Assembly: GCA_051294905.1 (NCBI GenBank)
Contig: CM119378.1
Location: 1,984,001-2,048,000, forward strand
Direction of reading: 5' to 3'
Length of the DNA: 64,000 nt
Source of the DNA: Botryllus schlosseri
Lineage: Eukaryota
This document shows positions 1-15,200 of the stretch, one piece after another (within the stretch, counting starts at the first letter, position 1; each line of letters opens with the position of its first letter). The position numbers were made by a program, and so were the translations under genes. Under the pieces are notes generated by a model. It did not search any database, was not told where the DNA came from, and worked only from the letters and a program-made list of their open reading frames with translations.

Positions 1-100
1 TAATTGCAAAGTATACATTGCTTCTTTCCTCCATACTTTGTTTTCCATTCGCTTGGTCATATCTCATTGTAGTTCACACAATAAAACTTGCATTAATAGT

Positions 101-133
101 GAGTCGGGAACTGAAAAAGGTTGGGAAGCACTA
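101..133. mobile_element. Right end of a Buster-type MITE (left end not identified)
   Basis: AAAAAGGTTGGGAAGCACTA resembles the reverse complement of the CAGTGGTTCCCAACC TIR. It is followed by TACTAAAG (nnnTAnnn). Confidence 0.35.
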
Positions 134-195
134 TACTAAAGTTGTCCGAAGAAGAAGTATTCCGTTACTGAACATCTCTGGGTGAAAGTGCAATT

Positions 196-200
196 TTATC
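196..200 (-). CDS. Candidate terminal coding exon (R-stop) of the vWA/sushi gene
   Basis: Strong acceptor ctttctttcgcgtacag|GA TAA after a 74-nt intron. The phase-1 junction gives CGA then stop. Confidence 0.45.
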
Positions 201-3200
201 CTGTACGCGAAAGAAAGTGCAGCTCGGGAAGAACATAAAATGAGATAATTTCACAAAATATCGGCCACACTCACGTAAGCATTTGGGAGTTGGCTTGTTC
301 CACGCCGGAGTCTTTCTCAATCTCAGGCATGTCGCTTTGATACTTCCCACGAGCTTGAAACCTTGATTGCACTTGAATGTGCAAACAGATCGTAGCTTAC
401 TACCCCTTGTACAAGTGACTCGGCCGTTTCTTGGTTCATCCGGTTCGGAGGCGCACCTCACTGGTAATAGATACATAATTACGTTCTGGCGTTTGGCTGC
501 ATATTACACCGGGAAATCCAGATTAACAATAAACACTACCGTCATTTTACCTACACTACGTATTGGCTTTTATTTACATATTACGTAATAAAATATATCG
601 AACCGTTACAATATCTGTGTCGTGGTGCATCATTGTGTACTCAAAGGTTACGGGGGCAATCAGGGCAACGATTAAAATCGCGCGGCTCGCGCTTGAATGA
701 CTTTGCGCCATTTGTTATTGCCGATACATCTGCAGCTTTTAAGCAAAACCGGCATCGGTCTGTATTGATTTTGACGGTGTTCCACACTGAGATGGTTGAC
801 AAGGTTTTGTAAAGCCTACACATCTCGATGATGTCATCCAACACATGTGCCAAGTTTCGAGGTCGTAACTCAATGATTAGCGGGTCCACAAAGCATAAAG
901 GGCAATAAACTTCATAACTGTGTGTCAAGCAAGACAATAATGACAATATTATTATTAATAATAATAACTGCTATTGTCCGGACGTATTTCATGAATAATC
1001 CGACTGTTTCATGAATAATCCGTTGCGTGTTATATGCCGAGGTATTGTAAAAGTTTATTCAGCGGACAGGTATAGTTAACCTGGTTTAATAAATTAAATT
1101 ACTCACCAACACATGTAGGTTTTGCTTCACCCCAAGATGACTTCCCATTGATGGACCTGCAGGTCGTCCACAAGTCCCCGTCTAATTGATACCCCGCGTT
1201 GCACCGGAACGTACATGCAGAACCTACTTGGTTTCTATCAGTACAAGCCAAGCCTCCGTTTCGTGGAGATTTGGGAGTGAGGGGAAAGCACGGTGCTGTT
1301 CGTAATACAAATCGTTTTAAAAGTCTCCGATTCGTTACCGTGTCAAATACACTGCCCTACCGACACACTCTGGAGATTCCTTACTCCATTTCGGTTCGTC
1401 CCCATCGTCCAGGCATACAGTTCGTCGGTTACCGGCGAGAGATAGCCCGTTGTCGCATTGGAATGTACAAACAGAGCCAGCCTTATTCGAGTCAGAACAC
1501 ATCACTCTTGCATTACGAGGCACGATCGTGGATACACGTGAGCAGTCACCTTGATGGCGAAAGAATAAAACTGTTTTACAGGCGGCGGGCGTACTGTATA
1601 GCTCACTTCAAATAATCGTATTCATGTGAATTCATATTGATTGGAAGAGACACTTGGATTTACACAACTTCAGTATACAATTGAATATCATATTCATATA
1701 TTCCAATAGACTCGAATATTTTCGGCTGACGCTCGTCAGGGGTAATGGTCAGCAACTATAGTATAGAGAATTCAAAATATTGTATATCAACAATCGTATC
1801 AACGACGTCACTACCAAGCTCCATATTGAGTTTCTTACCCGATCAGATCATCAGTACTCTATATTCTGTATGCACGAGGGTCGGGGGTGCCTATATGGGG
1901 TTAATGTTTCTGCGTCTAAGACTAAATGAAATCCAACTTATACAAGGTATAGGCCTGCGAATACTGGTTTCCAGAATACAGTTTGTTTCAAATTTGTTGG
2001 TACCTTGCTCTTCGACCAAAACACCCAAAAATGACAAATTGACAAATGACAAATGACTTATTATTACATGTTTTAAATTGTGATTGATTTCCATATAAGT
2101 TGATCTTTAAGACACTCACCGATACATCTCGGGGTCGGCTCATCCCAAAATGCTTTTATCCCTTGTCGCACACATCTCGTTTTTCTGCTTCCAGATATAG
2201 AATATGTGGGATCGCATGTATACGTGCAGATAGAACCAATTTCGTTTTCTTTGTTACAGCTGATCGAACCATGCCTTGGCGCTTGCGGAACAGCGGGATC
2301 GCATTTTCCTAAAATAGTATTCCCGAGTCATATATGCATAAAAAAGAAATTATTTGGGTTAATGTACTGATCTCAGATGATATAAAAGGTCACACCTTTG
2401 GAATTGTGCTTAGGTCAAGTGATTTTCACCTTTACTGAACTGGCGAACCCTTTCGCTAATCTGAACCACGTATTTCTCCGAGTCACAAAAACAGTAATAT
2501 GCCACGTTACAAATCCAATACATTACCATGCAACTGCATGGCGCACAAAATAAACTGTGCATCAACGAAAACTTTAAAAAGCGACATAACAAAAGGATGA
2601 AAGCATAGCAGAAACAAAAACAAATTATTATAATGAATAATTGCTACAATTCAGAGGGACTTATGCAATACGAGTTCCTTCAGCCAACCCCGATTAAGAA
2701 TCATTGACTTATAGGTACTTACGAACACAGCTTGGCGGTTTGACGTCCCACGACGCCTCTCTACTTCTTTCTATGCACCTCATCCTGTTACTTCCAACGA
2801 GCGTATATTCCTGGCCGCACGTGAATAAACAAATGGATCCAACCGCACTTCCTTTCGAGCACGTAATGTTGCCGCCATTCGGTGGGTTCGTGGGTTCATC
2901 TCCACATGTTGCTGAGAATCATCAAGCATAATTTTACCAGAGGGAGAGTATTTCAATATACAATTTAATAATGTATTCATATTTATATGACAGCATGACG
3001 GCATGGGTAATCGTCAGCAAGTTTGGTTGTATCATGATGATAAATTTAAACTAGACTTTTAACTCATATTGAGTTGACACAGCAGCCACTATTAATATGG
3101 AAAGTCATGCGTGACGGCATCAATCGTCATCGTACAAAACTAAACTAGAGAGGTATCAGCCCTAACTCACACCTATGCACGTTGGAGTCTTTTTATCCCA

Positions 3201-6200
3201 CGTAGCACCAATGAAGTTCTCAGTGCATGTAGTGGTACTACTGCCGAACATTGTAAAACCAGGCTTGCATCGAAAGGTGCACACGGAGTCGACCTCGTTT
3301 TTCTTGTTGCATACCACGACGCCATTCGTTGGAGGAGGGGGTGTCATTGGCCTACAGCGTGCTGTAAATAGATTTGCAGAGTGCAGTTCGATGGTACAAT
3401 GTAAAATTTAGGCAGGAGCTGATAAACCGGTCATCGGTTAGCGGAAAATGACTAACGACGCTACAAATACAGTCCCCTCAGCTTAATTCTCCACTGCAAC
3501 TACTGCAACACAAACCTTCACACGAAGGAGGCGGATTGCTCCAACTTGCTCCATCCTCTTGTTCGACACACCTTGCTGTTCCCTCGCCCGTTAGAACATA
3601 GACGCGGTCGCAAGTAAATGAACACCAAGATCCTATTTCGTTCTCCCGCGTGCAAGATATCTGTCCTCTCGTGAGCGATGTTAGCGGTGGACAACGTGCT
3701 GAACAGAATGATAGTGAGATTAAAAAAAAAAAACATTGCCTTGACCAACAAACTGCACTCAAATGACTCGGTGTCATAAACATAAACGATATGAGAAAAC
3801 TAGCAATTCCATTGCGGTAAGCATTTTGGACAATACAACCATGCCAAATCGATATTAAAGACGATTCATAATCTCACTCTACTAACCTATGCATTTGGGT
3901 AGTGGATAGTTCCATCGCGCTTTGAAATTCTCTTCAACGCACTCTATTTCCGATTCTCCCTCCACCGCAAATCCATCATCACATTCGAACGTACATACCG
4001 ATCCAAGCTCCTTGCCATTTGTGCACGACACCTGTCCTCTTCGCACGAACCGGGGATGTCTCGCGCATCGCGCTGAACAATTAAGTCACATTAATTCATT
4101 CATGCTTTGATTGATGATCGGGAAATATATAACTGACTCGTATTAAAATATGCTTTTAGCAAAGACAAACAAAGTGCAAACATATAATTGGTATACATGC
4201 GATGTAGTATCGCTTTTATGAGATATTGCTAGGCATTTTGAGAATGCTGTAAATGAGAGGTTCCCAAGCTGAGGGCCATCAGCCGTTTTCAGGTCGCAAG
4301 GAAAAATTATCAAGTTTTTAGGTCTATAGTACTATGCATCAAAAGAAATAGAAAAAAAAACAATAAAATTGCTAGAACAGCAATAAGTTACTTTTGGATC
4401 TTGAGTTTACTTCCCTCCATAAGCCACCAAACCAGAAATTAAGACATTTTGGAAACAACCATCACATTAACTCAATATGTAATAACTAATCAATGTACTG
4501 TTATGTTTACAGTGTGTGTATACTTCAACTACGTACCCTTTACTGTATAAACAATTTTTTAAATTTAAATACCGTATCTTCATTTTTTCTAACAGTTGAA
4601 AATAGTAGGGGGCCAATGTTTTATTTTTGGAATTTCTTGAAAGGCCGACGGTGTAAACAAGGTTTGGAACGCTTGCTTTAAATGGTATAGCCTTTCGACC
4701 TATGTGTGATAATGCGACTGAAATTCTATCCAGTGACTTACGATTGCATCTTGGTTTCTCTGTACTCCACGCTGCACCAATAACCTGTTCGGCACACCTC
4801 GCCGTATCTGACCCAGCCAGCGTGTATTCCGGATCACATCCAAAAGAGCAAAGGGACCCAATTTCGTTGCCGTCCGTGCACGAAACGGTGCCATTGTTCA
4901 CTAGCAGTGTTTCAGTCTTGGTGCATCTCGCTGAAATACGGAATTTAAGTAATGAACATTTTGAGCGATTCAGAGGTTAATTAGGTAATAAATTACAATA
5001 AATTAAATTAATAAAATACACCACGTGGCTTTGTGAATTATGTGCTTCAGAGTACGTGAGCACATGTAGAGGTATATCCAGACGTGATCAAAGTAGTCCA
5101 CGTTGCTACTCAAGTAGAAGTAGATTTAACGCCCTAAATTTCTACCCATTTGCGAGTATAGAAGTAACGATTTCGTAGATGTACCAAAACTGCTGCAAGT
5201 GGAAGTAGATTATGAAAGCGCTGAAAAGTATACGAACAAGTAGTTTTGTAAAGTAGATCTGGTCGAGGTGGCGTATACGTCTGTCAGTTAATCGGTGGTC
5301 GCTAATTTTAAGCTCGAGATATTTTTATCGCCTCCCTAATAGCTGGAGGTCATCATGGATGAGGTAATTCTACGTTTCCACGACACCCAAGTAGCTTTAT
5401 CTACTTGTGTCACTTACTCAAGTAGGCGTTATCTACTTGTATCACTTACTCCAGTGGTTTTGTTAGTGTGCTACTTCTATATATTTGCACTATATGTACT
5501 TGTTCTTGTGCGACTTCCAGATTTACTACATATAAACTTTGAATTACATAGTTCTATCTACTTGTTTCATTTAATCAGGTGGATTAGCGACTTGTTTGAA
5601 GTATTCAAGAAGTTTTCCCTGTATAATACGTCTACTTTACCGGATTGTAGTACTGAAACACCAATTTTTGGCCTACTTAATACTGCCAGGGGAAAAGCAG
5701 TCTTGGGATTCACTTCACTTCAACGACGCGTTGTTAACAAATTACGAGAGTTCATAAATAAGTTCAATCTGCGTATAGTGTGAAGCAGTTTCCCACGAAT
5801 GACAGTACAGTAGGAAGAAAATTATTTAATTCAGTCTCACCGATGCAAGCAGGGGGTGACGAAGTCCAAGATGCTCCGGCCCCTCGTTGCTCGCAAACCA
5901 CGGTCTCGTCGCCGACTAAATCGTAACGGTGCTCACACGAAAAGGAGCAGGTTGATCTCAAGTTATTTTCGTCCGTGCATTCTAGGTTTCCGTTCGCCGG
6001 AGCCTGCAGTTTGGAAGGTTGACATGTCGCTGGAAATGGAAAAAAAGCCAAGAGTTCAGTTATGAGCGGTACTGGGCACGGTAATCCGAGTAATCGAATC
6101 TACATTATCAATCGTAATGATTCCAATCGAGTAGCGAAACCCGATATTTTGAGTACCGAAATTATACGCCCCTATTTCCACCAAGAGGTATATTATCACG

Positions 6201-9200
6201 AGAATTATAGTTTCGATCAACGAATCAATCAACAAACACAACGATACGCCAGTGAGGTCTATTAGGAGCAGTTCCCAAACGCCCGTACAACGAGCATAAA
6301 GTTCCAGTGTTCAAAGCACCACAAAGAAGCGCGATAGATCTGGAACAGAAATTGCAGTAGCCTACATTTCATTCCTTGATTGTGTCTGTCATGCAAATTC
6401 TACATGGTTGATATTGACAGAACGTTTATCGTGCTGTCATTCAATTAGATCAACATAAAAGTCCACAAGTAACCACATGCAATAAACAAACAACAGGCCA
6501 GGGAGTTTGAGACGACTGATACATGGTTCGTTGCCCACGGGGATGTATGATAAGCAAAATAATTTGGTCAACATACTGCTACAGATTGAGAACAGATTAG
6601 TAATAACTTATATCCTTCACATCGAAAAAAACATACGTGCGCAAACTGGCGACTCCGAGCTCCAGGCAGCTCCTACGCCCCTATCCACGCATGTGGTTAT
6701 TTCGTCTCCGACAAGTCTGAAGTTCGATTCGCACTGGAATTTACAAACTGAACCCTTTTCGTTTCCGTTGCTGCACAGCAGATCTCCGTTTTCAGGACGA
6801 GCCGGCACCGCCGGGTTACATCTCGCTGTATAAGATTATTACAATTCAATAAGCGCACATGACATATGTGTAATATATAGCCTAAAATACTCATATATAA
6901 CATACATCACATATGTGCGTTATTACAGTGATTCTTGGAAAACTAGATAATTCCTATAGTATAAAAAGACCAATTAGAACGAAATGCCGTTGATCTAGTT
7001 ATGATCTAAGTTGTGTGCTCACAATTTAATTGGAATCTGATTTTTGTTATCCTGAAAATTCTACAGGAGAACTGTATAGCGCGAAACGAACCAATCTTAG
7101 TATGCAGACATTTGTCATTCTCGGGGTTACGAAAATGAACTCGTATTTGATATGAACTTCATTTTCGTTGTATTCCTTTCTAATTCGAAATTTCATTCAA
7201 TGTCCAAGTTTTTGAGAAATCAGTCATCCAAATCAGAATCTAATTCGGAACAAACGTTGTAGCTATAATTTTGATTCTAATCTATTTTGGAAAGATTGAA
7301 AATTTCCTAGATTTTCAGCTCTGATCACAGTGTGTAATTATAGGCTTATAACACCTACCGTTGCATACAGGAGGTGCCGATGTCCACTGAGCCCCATTCC
7401 CTCTCCTTATGCATTCCATTCGGCTCTTTCCGACCAGCGTATGGCCTTTGTCGCAGTTGAAGGAGCAAACAGAACCCAATCGTCCTCTACGGGTGCAATT
7501 TACTCTCCCGTGTCTCGGCGCTTCGGGCAATGAATTGCCGCATGTTGCTGTGTAGATGAAATAGTGGTAAATGATGTAAATGTAAGTAAATAAGTTAGTA
7601 TTCCAGCCCTTCGCTTTACTCATAGATTACTAACCTATGTATATATGCGCAACTCGAGCCGTCACACTTGAATACCCAGAGAATTGTACTGCTGACCCGG
7701 CTAAAAGCAGCATGACTGGCAGTCTTATAGCTGGCGACCCGAGCCCTCAAATGTAATAACACAGGCCTTAATCGAAAGCTAGTGTCACACTGATCCCGAA
7801 AACACTAATTTACATCTGGTCAGGGCAGGGCAATGTAGCGATTGTGAAATAGCCGCCAAAGCCGATTGTTCCAAACAATAGGAGCGCCGCAACATAATGA
7901 CCATAACGATGGCCAAATGTGTCGAGCGATTGTTCGAAACAATGCCGATTTTACGACTTTGAGGGTTATTTCGGGGTGATTCCATTGCCTTGGCCAGATT
8001 TTAGTTTGCATTTTAGGAATCAGTGCGGCGCTAGCTTATTACGACCAAATTTGAGCGCCCGGGTCGCCAGCTATATAGGACTACCGAAAATACAGCTTTT
8101 AGCCGGTTCGGCAGTGTACCTCTGGGTATTCAACCGTAACGACTGAGTCGGAAAATGCGCGTATATCCGTTATTGTTCTATTCTATTCTTTACTCGAGTC
8201 AAAACTGTAAATGTAAGATTGACTTGTGACTCAAAACCTTGTGACCTGTTTACAACCCTGGGCTAAAGTCATCGATACTCACGTATGCAAGTGGGCTGTT
8301 CGCTGGACCAAAGTGCTCCCCGTCGATTTTTTACGCATACCGACGTCCCTTCGCCGTCCATTATGTGTCCCTGGAAGCATGTATAGGTACACACAGACCC
8401 GAGCTCATTGCTGTTAGTGCAGAACACCGATCCTTTGGCCGGTGCGGTAGGCGGTGAATCTCCACATTTAGCTGGCAAGTATCGTAATTGAAGTTAATAT
8501 TTTCAAGATATTGATAATATGGAGCTGTGCTCAATGATTAAAGTAGGCTACTCGGATCGGAATCGAGTATTTATTCTCGTGAATAGGGTCAGGTAGTGGG
8601 AGATGATTCATACTGCCGTAACGTTATAACGAATGATACTCGTATATATCGACAATCATGATTGACTCACCAACACAAAACGGTGTCTGTCTACTCCACG
8701 AAGCGCCTTGCGACTTTTGCAAGCATACAGTAGATCCGAATCCAACCAAATTATACCCGGTATCGCACTCGAAGGTACACACCGAGCCCAATTCATTGCC
8801 GTCTGTACAGCCAACTTTACCGTATCGGGGCGCCGCCGGCGTTGTAGGACTACACAATGCTGTACAATACATAAGAGTTATATAGGAAAATCTCACGTAT
8901 ATTTAAACACTGAAATACTCACCTCGACAAACGGGCAGTCGTGCGTTCCAGGACGCAAAGCCCGCAGATGCCACGCACTCGATCGTGCTCGCGCCAACTA
9001 ATTCATATCCAGTCTGGCAAATTGCGAAACAAGACGAACCAACACGGCTGCCTTCAGAACAGCTCAAATACCCGTTTGAAAATGTCGCGTCCAACGGCGA
9101 ACAATCCGCTGCGGACAATAAGAAATTTTGAAGTGTCCATCGTAACGAATGGAAACTCTAGTACTATATTATTTATTCGCGGTAAATCTGGTAAATACGC

Positions 9201-12200
9201 ATACGATCCGTAGAGCAACCTTGACCTATGGAAAATAATTGATGTAAATTTATAAAATCTCAGCAATAAAGTCAAATTGTCGGAGAGGTCAGACTACAGA
9301 ATTGCGGTAAATGAAGAATTGGCGAGGTTTCAAGAGATAGACTTGATTGAAAATGAAGAACTCAAATTACAGAAAATATGCTGAAATATGCTGATTTTTT
9401 TATTCCAAGTATAATTCAGTTATATTATTAGATTAAATTCATTAAATATTAAATTATTACTAAATTCGTTGTTGTTGTTATTATTATTATTAAAATGTAG
9501 AGGAAAATATAGTGACACTTCTCGCATTAAAGAATTTCGCGTCACCGCAACGTATACGCACTCTAACCTGCACATTATTATTTACAGAACATTACACGCG
9601 GAACGACAAAAAATACACCGTCTTAATGTTACAAAACTAGTTTTACCGATTAGAGTTAGCTACAGACTCCTCAGTTTGAGTATTCATATTCATTTGCATT
9701 GTCAAATAACGCGCCGCGTTTCCTTGACGTATTCGATGACATCCTCCATCGTGTAGGCTATTTACTTGTCAGCAGTTCCGTTACACTAAAACCAGTATCG
9801 TTTCGTATAGAGCGCTTGATCTTAACATGTTGCCTTATAATCAAGCAACCTATAGGATAGAATGTCTTTTTGTTCGAACTGCGCGATCGTGGTAATTGAA
9901 GATCATAAATCATAATAATCAGATGAAACTTACCAATGCAAGTAGGTGTTACCGAATTCCAGAACACTCTATCTCCGCGCTCGACACATGAAACTTGTTC
10001 GTCGCCCACCAAAGTGTGGTCTTCGTAGCATGAAAATAAGCATTCTGACCCCAGCTGATTTCCGTGGCTGCAGCTAATCTCGCCATTTTCTGGACGGGAC
10101 AGCGATGTGGCGCATTCAGCTGCACAAATGAATATATGCGTGTCAAAAGCAAATTATTCAACATCCAATTATATATAGATTCACAGAGACTCGAGCAATC
10201 TCCCTGCAGATTGTTATCATGAATTAATAATGACTGAGCGGCACTGCCCTCTAAATATGGTGTGGTTTCAACTAGATGTTGTAACTGTGAAAAAATATTA
10301 CCAGCATTCTTTATTCTTAGAAAGTCACCGTATTCGAACTGCAGCTAAAATATGTTCAGGAGGTATACCATTCACTCAATCTCTGTGGTATAGAGATCAG
10401 ACTTATAGAAACTGCTGGATCTTCAAAATGCGTAACTAGAACTAGGACTAAACGACCTTCGAAAATCCGCAACTTCACAAACTAAAACACAACTAACTAT
10501 CGATTCAATTCCAAAGAAAGTCACTAATTTTTATTTTATCGGAATCGCATCGGCTAAAATGGGAAGAATTTTGATCAACAAATCTCGCCCCTGGCTAAGT
10601 CACTGTTAGTAGCGATCACTGTGAGCTAACAATGACTGCAATAACACCGCACAACAGATCACCGGTATCAGGATTCAGGCCCAACGACGACACGTGTTCT
10701 CTCTTTGTTCGGCAATAATTCTCGTTAGAAATCGCACGTAGAATTAGAACTATGCTCACTTTTCAAAATCCGCCACTGGACTATAACTAGAAGTGCTTTG
10801 AAAACAGTAGTTATATAGATGACCGTCAACTATCTCGATTGGTAGTTTGTAAAAGTCTGTCCTCACCTGTTGGCTTAATTTCAACAACAATCACTTACGG
10901 ACGCAAATTGGCATCTCCGAGCTCCACACCGGTCCTTCTCCTCTATCTATGCAAGCGATGGTGCCCGATCCTTTCAGGGATAATCCGTCTTCGCAGCTGA
11001 CATGACACACCGAGCCCATTTCGCTGTCTCTCGAACATGACACTACTCCCTTGTAAGGTGGGAACAGGGCCGGCCTGCATGTTTCTATTCAAAATTGAAC
11101 GGAATGCGTTATTTCAATGCAGATGCAGCTCGTCAAAAGAACTAGTAGGCCTGGAGAATCGTTTAGCATAGCATTTAGTGACATTTTTTTCGGACCGCAT
11201 ACTCCTATTTGCAGAGTTAGTCAGCAACTAAATATTTCTACATTTTTGAAGTTGGTTTTCTCTTGTACTACTTACTTGTGCGGCTTGGTTTTAGGCAAAT
11301 CTATTTGTACGAAATTGCGAAATTTACAAATACACAGTGTTAATTCTGCCTTTACTCGAGTAGGAACACTCACTGCTTTGACCAATGCCAGCCCACGACT
11401 AGATCTACATTTGTAACTACTCCCAAGCGTATAGCCTACATGAGGACTTTTCAGGCCGTGACATTAAAACTCCATTAGAAGTAGTTTTAACATAAAGTGG
11501 GAATCGCTGATTGAACTTGTAGCGTGGTAGGAATGTATACTGCGTTCATTCTACTTCTTCATGAGTACGGATACTGGGTACTCATCTCTGCTCATACCTT
11601 GACATATCGGAGTCTCCGAGCTCCAGATCGCTCCAGTACCCCGCGAAACGCATTCTGTATTTTCCTGCCCGGATAGGATGAAGCCGTCTTCGCACCTGTA
11701 CGTGCACATCGATCCTATTTCGTTCCCGTCCGTGCATGTCGCGAATCCGTTTACGGGCGATACAGGCAATGTAGGATAGCATGTTGCTGGAATAAAATGA
11801 ATGAATCCAGTATAAGCGTCGATGGACCCGGGGTTGTAATGACTCGAGTCGCAATTTGTCGTTTACTAGACATGACTCGATTCAATTTATAAAACTTGAT
11901 TCAAGTATCGTGTAGCAGGGCCGATACATGAACAATAAACCCAGAAACTGCCTTCGATATATTCGAATAAAAATGTTTAGAGTGAGAAAAATGAGTATAA
12001 TACGAATGCGAGGCCTTAGATATCACCCTAGAGTTTCACAGAAGTGATTTGAACCTGACTTGAACTCGATAAAGAACAGTGGACGCAATGACTTGGACTC
12101 GGACTCGAGTCTTAACAAAATGACTTAGATTCGACCCACTGATCCGTGACTCGACTCGGTGCGAATTGAAAATGACTCGACTCGAGTCAAAACTAAAAAC

Positions 12201-15200
12201 GTAAAATTGACTCGTGACTTGGTTACGCTACTGGCTTGGACATCGCCAAAAGTCTCCGATTTTTCTGGAAGTAAATTCTGTCTTTGGTATTCGGTGATGA
12301 GATACTTCTACTTTTTCGGAGTAGACAAGTAGACAACTATACTTGCACCACATACTCTAGTAGTTATGAGTTTAGACTACTTACACTTCTACTTGGTAGT
12401 TCTGTTTTGAGGCTACTTGTATTTCTACTTGAGTAGCGACGATGACTGTACTTTGACCGCATCTTGTACTAAACGTAGAGTTGGTCGGTAACGAAGAGCT
12501 TCTTGGAGGCACATAACTTCACTATACATTTGAATAGTATATTCAGCATTATATTTCTTGGAGGCGTTACATACCAGAGCATGTCGGCGGCTCCGCACTC
12601 CATCTGGCCCCAGTTCTCGCTCTTCTGCATTCGATTCTGGCCGTTCCGTGCATAGTGTAGCCGAAATCACACATAAACGTACACACAGCTCCGACTCTGT
12701 TGGAGCCAGAGCATATTTTGTAGCCGTGATCCGGATCGACGGGTGTATCGGGCGGACATCGTACTGTGAAATGAAATGATTTCAATTTCGTGGTCTCTTT
12801 CTCGCCATAGAAAGCGCTGCATCAACCGCATAGAAATATGCACAGGCGTACAGCGTTGCACGCTAATCATTGCCACAAAATAAGAATGAATCGTATGAGA
12901 CAGTGACCTGGAACCGGCGTCTCGTTTTAAAATATGCACGGACTGCACCGTTACGAAAAGATATACAAGGGTGCAGTACAGACGTGTCAAGCTCAGCCAT
13001 GGGTTTTTAAACTACGGTCTGTCGAGTAGTCTTAAGGGGTTTCACGAAAGGCCGAAACAATATCAGGGTCGAGACAAAAAAGCCAACAGTACCGACCTAT
13101 TTCGCCGAAACATAGGTAAACGAAGACGGAACTGCTTGACAGCTTTCTAGGCTGTTAATCTACTACACGGAGCTAAGACATGCACTTCAAAGCACATTAA
13201 AGGCAACTGCACTACGACCAGACTGAAATGAGCGAAATAAACTATTTAAAGTAATCGGACATGTGTCTTGAGCAATCACTATACACCAAGTATCGTGGAT
13301 TTACTGCCAATCCGGGGATTTATCAATCCAGCGATTGGGGAGAAGATGGATGTAGGATTTCCCATAGTAATCAGCATATTTTGGTATCCGCGAATAGGAT
13401 CCCTGATATATGGATTTAGCGCAATGACTCGGCATTTTCCTGCTGTCACCGACATGATTCTGCCAGTTTCAGTCCCTTTCCTTAACGCGTATTAGTAACA
13501 TCGATACATTTTCCATGATATATTGGAAATTGAAGCCATTCATTATTACGTAGTGAAGGCTGGGAGCTAACAGTGTTGGGAACACTTTTGAATTGTTATG
13601 ATGATGGGTAGTATGGTGATCTGTTAGTATGTGTGCAATTTTGGTACGTGCCGTATCAGTAAACATGGTCCAGAGGAGCATGAGTTCCTCACAACACATG
13701 TGTACCAAGCCAAAAAAGGATGAATATCACGGGTAGGCAATTGGCCACCACTGCAGCGTGACGTCTTCGAGAAAGGTTCATCTTACAAACGCATGTCGGA
13801 GTCTTTTCATGGCTCCAAATTGCTCCCACTCTCATTTCGCGGCATTCCGTGGTGGTCGGTCCGTCGATGTAATAACCGTCGTCGCAATAGAACGTACATT
13901 CCGACCCGATTTCGTTTCCGCTACTGCAGATGACCCCTCCGTCATTGGGAGCTTGGGGTAATTCTGGGGCACACCGAGCTGTGATTCATAAAATTTGTAT
14001 TTAATGATGGTGAAACTATATTCAGCGTTGCTAGTCAAGGATTATCCTCGGTCCGCAGGCTTTTTTGCGAATCCAAAATTCGCAAGTGTAACAACGTCGC
14101 TTCTACCGGCTGGAGGTGAGCAAAAATTGTTAAGCATCGTCTTTTTAGACAACATAACAATTTCATGGGTTGACAGTGAAATTTGAAGAAGAAATTTTTT
14201 GTTTTAATAAATTCAAAATTTTGAAACACATCTACCAGTTGGAATCGAGCCAAATCTGATGTGTAGCGTCTTTTCAGTCAACCTATCAATTTAAGCAGTG
14301 AATCCCCGGAATCCGAAAAAAGTTATTTTTGAACAACCCTACTGTTCACCACCTCTCGTATATATGGTAAGATTACTAAGATCCGTATCGAAGACCAGGA
14401 AGGTTTCAGAATTTTGATCCGTTATGACGATACAATTAATTATATGGTTGGCGATCGAACGCGATATAATCGCTTCAAAGCCAAACGCTCACACGCCATC
14501 AGCGATATCTCCCGTCGAATGCAGCCGTTGCGATTGTTTAGATTTGATATTCGCATACTTTAATGACGTCGACGATAAAATCTTATAATTTCCTAAATTT
14601 TTCTTCTCGAAAAATTACTGTCGAATTTCGCAACCTCGATCGTTTAATGGTGGAAGTCCGCACGTTTCGGAGAAGATATTATAATTTCATCACGAATAAA
14701 GAAAAAAATAATTTATCCACGCGCCAGTTTGTTACATAAGCACTCGAAATCGCATCAAAATCGACGGCGCAGAAACGTTTCTATGAATTTGGTGCCGTAG
14801 ACAAAAACACTCTGCCAGTCGAATTCAAAAATTTACGTGATCATATTATGACAAAACGAATTGAATAGTATATGTATATTGAAGTAAATCCGTATATTTC
14901 CGTCTGACACATTATTCGGGTTTGCTTCAACACGAGAATATTATTCAATTGCAGGGCGCAGTGGTGAGCGACGGCGCCATTTACGCAGGCGGCTCGGATT
15001 CAAGTCCCACCATAGGCGGTTATTGATTATTGATTCTTGACATTCTGCTCCTTCAAGAAGCTCTTCAAATACTCATAATATCGTAATGATGATATCGAAC
15101 TCGTTTCCACGCGCGTTTTATAATATATTGCGAATGCTGTATAGCGTATTAGTCGCGTATAACTTGTGTTGTGTCCAAATTGAACAATTTCTTTCCTGTA

